From Xanthobacteraceae bacterium (GTDB taxonomy: Bacteria > Pseudomonadota > Alphaproteobacteria > Rhizobiales > Xanthobacteraceae), in NCBI GenBank assembly GCA_040510745.1, contig JBEVIJ010000075.1, positions 1 to 63,884 of the forward strand: DNA of 63,884 nucleotides, given 5' to 3'. Below are positions 59,645-63,884 of the stretch, piece after piece. A program made the translations under genes and the position numbers. A model generated the notes under the pieces. That model had not been told where the DNA came from, made no database searches, and saw only the letters and a program-made list of their open reading frames with translations. Each line of letters begins with the position of its first letter. Position 1 is the stretch's first letter.

Positions 59645-59995
59645 TGACACGTCTAGCCAACGCTCCGCCCGCCAGTTGTTTAGAGACGTTCGGCGCCCGT
59701 CTGTCCCTTTTTCCGTTTCCCCGATGAGGGATGGAGCGCCGGGAGGCGCCAGGGGTTTGCGAGGCCCCTCAGGCAGCAGGCTGACGAGGCCTGCCGGGCG
59801 AACCTTGCGGTCCACCAAGCGCATCCACAGCGAACTCCCCGTTGCCGGGGGGGCCGCTTTCGGGATTCGCGCGGCCAGTGACGTAAGCCGCTGCGCCTCC
59901 CGGCGCTCCATTCGGCATCCGATATGAGGGATGCGGGCCCCGCTCCGTCATCCAGCATCGCGATCGACGACGCCCTCGATTGAACGGGACGCGAC
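59645..59995 (-). ncRNA. highly structured non-coding element (candidate ncRNA or mobile repeat)
   Basis: 19-bp perfect IR 59731-59749/59893-59911 enclosing several hairpins with GCAA/GAAA loops on the minus strand. Confidence 0.55.
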
Positions 59996-60130
59996 CAATA
60001 TGGGGCCGAATTCAAGACCGGGGATAAGTTTTTTTCGGGCCGGAAACGCGCGGTTTTTTGCCACCAGACGCACCGCCGTCGTCCTCGCGAGAATTGAAAG
60101 AGCTTCGCGGAGCGACAATCGGGAGAGCCG

Positions 60131-61135
60131 CTACTGCAAGAAGTCCGCCAAGTGCTGCTTCCACAGTGCGGCGCGCATCGCGTTGTAGTGTCCTTGGCTC
60201 TGCGGCGAAGCCGGGACCAGCACGTGCCGCGCACCGGGAATGCGCGCCATGCCCGCCTCCATCACGCCAAGCGCGGGCGGGTTGATCTCATCGTCGGCGA
60301 AGCTGATGGCCAGCAGCCGCGCCTTGATGTTGCCGAGCAGCGGCGTCGGATCGTAGTCCATCACCGCTTCGATCTGATAGAGCCGATCGTTGGCGTCGCC
60401 CTTCTGAGCGCGTTCGACGAATTGGCGGTAGAGCGCATCCGCTTTTTCCCGCGTGGGGGCCATGTTCTGGATGCGCACCACGCTCTGCGTCATCAGCGCC
60501 GAGATCGGCGCGCTGACCGTCCATTGCGCCGGCTGCTTGACGTAGTCGCCATTGTTCCAGCCGGGATCGTTGCGGATCGCATCGACGCTGATGCGGCGCT
60601 GGATCCAGTTTCGTCCGCTCATCGGGCCGGGCTGGCTCGCGACCGGCACGAGGCGCTCCGCAAAACCCGGATACATGCCGCCGATCAGCCAGGTCAGCAT
60701 GCCGCCGAGTGAAAGCCCCATCATCAGTTTGACGCGCGGCACGCCGAGTCCCTCGGTGACAAGCCGATGCTGTGCCACAGCGACGTCGTGCAGGCGGAAA
60801 TTCGGAAACCGCGCGCGCAACCCGTCGCTCGGCTTGCTCGATTGGCCGAAGCCGACCACGTCGGGGATGATCAGATAATGCATCGTCGCATCCAGCGGCG
60901 CACCGGGCGCATAAAGTTCATCCGCCAGCGTGGCCTCAAGCCATGTCTTCGCGGTGCCGGACGTATTGTGAATGAGGAGCACCGCGTTCTCGATCTCGCC
61001 GGCGGCATCCCTTCTCGGCGTGCCAAGCGTGATGAAATGCTGGCGCAGCTCAGGCAGCGTCTGGCCGTTGAGGAAACGGAAGTCCTTGAGGATGAAATCG
61101 CTCTCGCGAAGGTTCGGCCAGCTCACGTCGCTCAT
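60131..61135 (-). CDS. alpha/beta hydrolase, homoserine O-acetyltransferase-like
   Basis: NAVLLIH, GFGQSSKPSDG, GLSLGG nucleophile, DDEINP, GH. Confidence 0.85.
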   Translation of the reverse strand: MSDVSWPNLRESDFILKDFRFLNGQTLPELRQHFITLGTPRRDAAGEIENAVLLIHNTSGTAKTWLEATLADELYAPGAPLDATMHYLIIPDVVGFGQSSKPSDGLRARFPNFRLHDVAVAQHRLVTEGLGVPRVKLMMGLSLGGMLTWLIGGMYPGFAERLVPVASQPGPMSGRNWIQRRISVDAIRNDPGWNNGDYVKQPAQWTVSAPISALMTQSVVRIQNMAPTREKADALYRQFVERAQKGDANDRLYQIEAVMDYDPTPLLGNIKARLLAISFADDEINPPALGVMEAGMARIPGARHVLVPASPQSQGHYNAMRAALWKQHLADFLQ

Positions 61136-61270
61136 GCTGCGGACATATCCGAATGCTGCGGCGATGGGAAGAACGCCGCCGGCTTGACCCGGTGCTACCG
61201 GGCGCATTGCCGCGCGGCCCTGCTCCCAGTACGTTAGCCGGCCTGCCCTTCGTCCGCTGGAGTGCCCCAA

Positions 61271-62866
61271 ATGAAAGAGAATTTTCGCCAGTTCCTGGAC
61301 CGGCTGCGGCAGGCGGGCGAACTCGTCGACCTGCACCAGGCAGTGGACATCCGCCATATCGCTACCCTGGTCGATCAGGCCAAAACCGCGCTCTTCTTCC
61401 ATAAGGTGATCGGCTACGACATGCCGGTCGTCTCCGGCATCATCCGCTCGCGCGAGCGCGCCACCATGGCGATGGGCTGCGAGAATTTCGGCGAGATCGA
61501 GCACAAGCTCGCGCAGGCGATCGCCAAGCCGATTCCGCCGCGGCGCGTCAACGGGTCGCCGACCCGCGAGGTCACACTCGTCGGTGACGACGTCGACCTC
61601 TACAAGCTGCCGATCCCGATGTCATCGATCTACGACGGCGGACCCATGATCACCGCCGGCGTGGTGATCACGCGCGATCCGGAGCTTGGCATGAACAGCG
61701 GCATCTACCGCTTCATCGTCAAGGAGAAGGCGCTTACCGGCATCGACATCGTGACGCCGAACAACATGCGGCTCTTTGCTCAACGTGCGTTTGAACGCAA
61801 GGAGCCGCTGCCGATCTCGATCTCGATCGGCACACACCCGTTCGAGATCACCGGCTCGGGCTATCGCGCGCCGCTTGGCGTCGACGAAATGGCGATCGCC
61901 GGCGGCCTGCGCGGCGAGGCGGTCGAGCTTGCGCCCTGCTCCACCATTGACATGCCCTACATCGCGGACGCCGAGATCGTGCTGGAGGCGGAGATTCTGC
62001 CGACCGGCTGGACCTGGCCGGAGGGCCGGTTCGGCGAGTTCACCCGGCTGATGGGCGGGCTGCACTGGAATCCGCTGGTCCGCATCAAGGCGATCTCGAT
62101 GCGCAAGGACGCGATCTACTACAACCTGCACATGCCCTGGGAGAACACTTGGCTCGCGGCGCCGACGCGCTACGCCGCAATCCGGCAGGCGCTGCGCACC
62201 GCGAACGTGCAGGTGAAGGACATCAACGTCACGCTCGGCGGCTGCGCGTTCTGGCATGCCGTCATTTCGATCAGGAAGGGCGCCGGCGAGGGCAAGAACG
62301 CGCTGCTGGCGGCGCTGTCGGTGATGGATCTCAAGCACGTCGTGGTCGTGGACGAGGACATCGACGTCAACGATCCGACCGACGTGGAATGGGCCATCGC
62401 CACGCGCGTGCAGGGCGACAAGGACGTGATCGTCATCCCGGGCGCGCGGGCGAAGCCGCTCGATCCGTCGCTGCCGCAAGGCGCGGGCGTGGTGCCGGTC
62501 GGCGCAAAAGTGGGCATCGACGCGACCATCCCCGAGGGCATTCCGCTCGAGCATTACGAGCGCATCACCTATGCCTACGCCGATACGGCGAAGGTCGATG
62601 AGTACGTCAAGGGCAAGAAGGACCCGGTCGGCGAAGCCGGCGACAATCGCATGGTCGAAAAGCTGGCGAAGGACATCCTCGCCGCAATCGAGAAGGAGCC
62701 GCTCTATTACACCGACGTCGCGGAGCGCTTCAAAGCCTACGACTTCCGCACCGTGGCCAGCGCGCTTGGATTTCTGCACGAGACCGAGAAGCTGTGGCAG
62801 GACCCGCGCGGCAAGATGTGCGTGCGGGGAAGCAAGTTTGCCGCCGTGCTACCGGTGAAGAAGTAG
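61271..62866 (+). CDS. UbiD-family (prFMN) decarboxylase
   Basis: NSGIYR, EIVLEAEI, EGRFGEFT, VVVDEDIDV..VEWAIATR, KVGIDAT. Confidence 0.9.
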   Translation: MKENFRQFLDRLRQAGELVDLHQAVDIRHIATLVDQAKTALFFHKVIGYDMPVVSGIIRSRERATMAMGCENFGEIEHKLAQAIAKPIPPRRVNGSPTREVTLVGDDVDLYKLPIPMSSIYDGGPMITAGVVITRDPELGMNSGIYRFIVKEKALTGIDIVTPNNMRLFAQRAFERKEPLPISISIGTHPFEITGSGYRAPLGVDEMAIAGGLRGEAVELAPCSTIDMPYIADAEIVLEAEILPTGWTWPEGRFGEFTRLMGGLHWNPLVRIKAISMRKDAIYYNLHMPWENTWLAAPTRYAAIRQALRTANVQVKDINVTLGGCAFWHAVISIRKGAGEGKNALLAALSVMDLKHVVVVDEDIDVNDPTDVEWAIATRVQGDKDVIVIPGARAKPLDPSLPQGAGVVPVGAKVGIDATIPEGIPLEHYERITYAYADTAKVDEYVKGKKDPVGEAGDNRMVEKLAKDILAAIEKEPLYYTDVAERFKAYDFRTVASALGFLHETEKLWQDPRGKMCVRGSKFAAVLPVKK

Positions 62867-62882
62867 ACTATCGCGATTGACT

Positions 62883-63089
62883 ATGAAGACGAACTATCTA
62901 GTCGTGTATGGCTCTGGTGGAGTTAGGGGCAGTGTTCGCGCTCGAACTAAGAAGGAAATTTTAGAGAAATATCCAGATTTGACTGTCAGTGACAGTCGAC
63001 CGAGTTGGATGACTGATCAAGACTTCAGCGGTCTTCCCGCGGCCGACATCGATGATCCTCCTTCTGGTTGGTTAAAGGAGATGAAGTGA
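62883..63089 (+). CDS. small AT-rich hypothetical protein
   Basis: YLVVYGSGGV..ILEKYPDL..PSWM..DIDDPPSGWL; GTGA overlap with next gene. Confidence 0.6.
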   Translation: MKTNYLVVYGSGGVRGSVRARTKKEILEKYPDLTVSDSRPSWMTDQDFSGLPAADIDDPPSGWLKEMK

Positions 63090-63884
63090 TCATCGACACC
63101 CACACCCACGTCATCGCCACCGACACCCAAAAATATCCGTTGGCGCCGCTGTTCGGCCGGCAGTCGGCGTGGTCGGCGGAGCATCCGCTCGACTATCCGG
63201 ACATGATCGAGGCGATCGACGCCGCCGGCGTCGACAAGGCCGTCCTGGTGCAGGCCTCGTCGGCCTATGCGTTCGACAACACGTACGTGAGTAAGGCTGT
63301 CGCGGCCCATCCCGACCGTTTCACTGGCGTGTTCTCCGTCGACGTCGTCGCGCCGGATGCCGTTGCGAAGATGAAGCACTGGATGAGCAAGGGTCTCACC
63401 GGCATGCGCATCTTCACCGCCGGCTCGACGCAGCCTGAGCAGCAGACGTTCTTTGCGGAGCCTGCATCGTTCCCGCATGGCAGTTCGCTGCCGACAACGA
63501 CCTGTCGGTCTGCATGCAGATGCAGATCAAGGGCGCCCCGCTGCTCGCCACCGTAATGGACCGTTTCCCCAAGGTCCGCATCATCCTCGACCATTTCGCC
63601 CGCGTCGAGGCCGCAGACGGCCCGCCATACGCGGCGGCCGCGCCGCTGTTCGCGCTGGCAAAATATCCCAATCTCTATCTCAAGCTGACGCACCGGCCGC
63701 TGGAACAATCAGTGAAGGGCAAGGCCACGCCGGAGACGTTCTTCGGCGAGGCGGTCCAGCAATTCGGCGCCAACCGCATCGTTTGGGGCTCGAATTTCCC
63801 CGCCGCGCCGCAACCGCTACCCGAACTGATCGCAATGGCGCGCAACGCGCTTTCCTTCCTGCCGCAACAGGATCAGGATTGGAT
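63086..63884 (+). pseudogene. amidohydrolase_2 family protein with a one-base frameshift (runs off the window)
   Basis: IIDTHTH..AVLVQAS..FDN; frame shifts at about 63473 and continues AWQFAADNDLSVC..IILDHFAR..WGSNFP. Confidence 0.75.

Noticed and set aside
59597-60234. ORFs across the 59.6-60.2 kb spacer
   Set aside because: No protein motifs; the region is better explained by RNA structure

Overview
GC-rich alphaproteobacterial (Hyphomicrobiales/Rhizobiales-like, inferred from gene content and intergenic repeat families) chromosomal window. From left to right: dTDP-rhamnose and ADP-heptose/LPS-core genes (rfbBDA, hldE, hldD, waaF, gmhB, waaC, galE, msbA-like), including a decayed FkbM/GT9 deletion scar; a TAXI-TRAP/amidase/hppD/Liv-type ABC cluster with FAH and PaaG-like genes; a sigma54-driven urtABCDE-ureDABC-(cupin)-ureEFG urea region; an approx. 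12.5 kb small-gene stress island (38.1-50.8 kb) with several GGAAC-N16/17-CGTT-type (EcfG) promoters, yidB, DUF3597, cspA, desaturase, ASRT-like gene, ku-ligD, SDR and csbD; then an orphan eutA-like gene, a two-subunit ThDP decarboxylase, two Bug proteins, an acyl-CoA/thioesterase/MDR operon, UbiD and a frameshifted amidohydrolase. I saw no rRNA, tRNA, CRISPR array or transposase. The most notable unexplained signals are (i) two architecturally similar, highly structured approx. 350-nt non-coding elements (24.2 kb, + strand; 59.8 kb, - strand), one of which appears to truncate a DUF3800-like gene, (ii) three paralogous 55-58 aa CPxC..CxxC zinc-ribbon microproteins, two missed by the ORF track, (iii) a candidate CRP-box-driven anti-Shine-Dalgarno sRNA at 43.9-44.0 kb, and (iv) several palindromic repeat families, one translated in frame inside ureF. 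All family calls come from motif recognition by eye; no searches were run.
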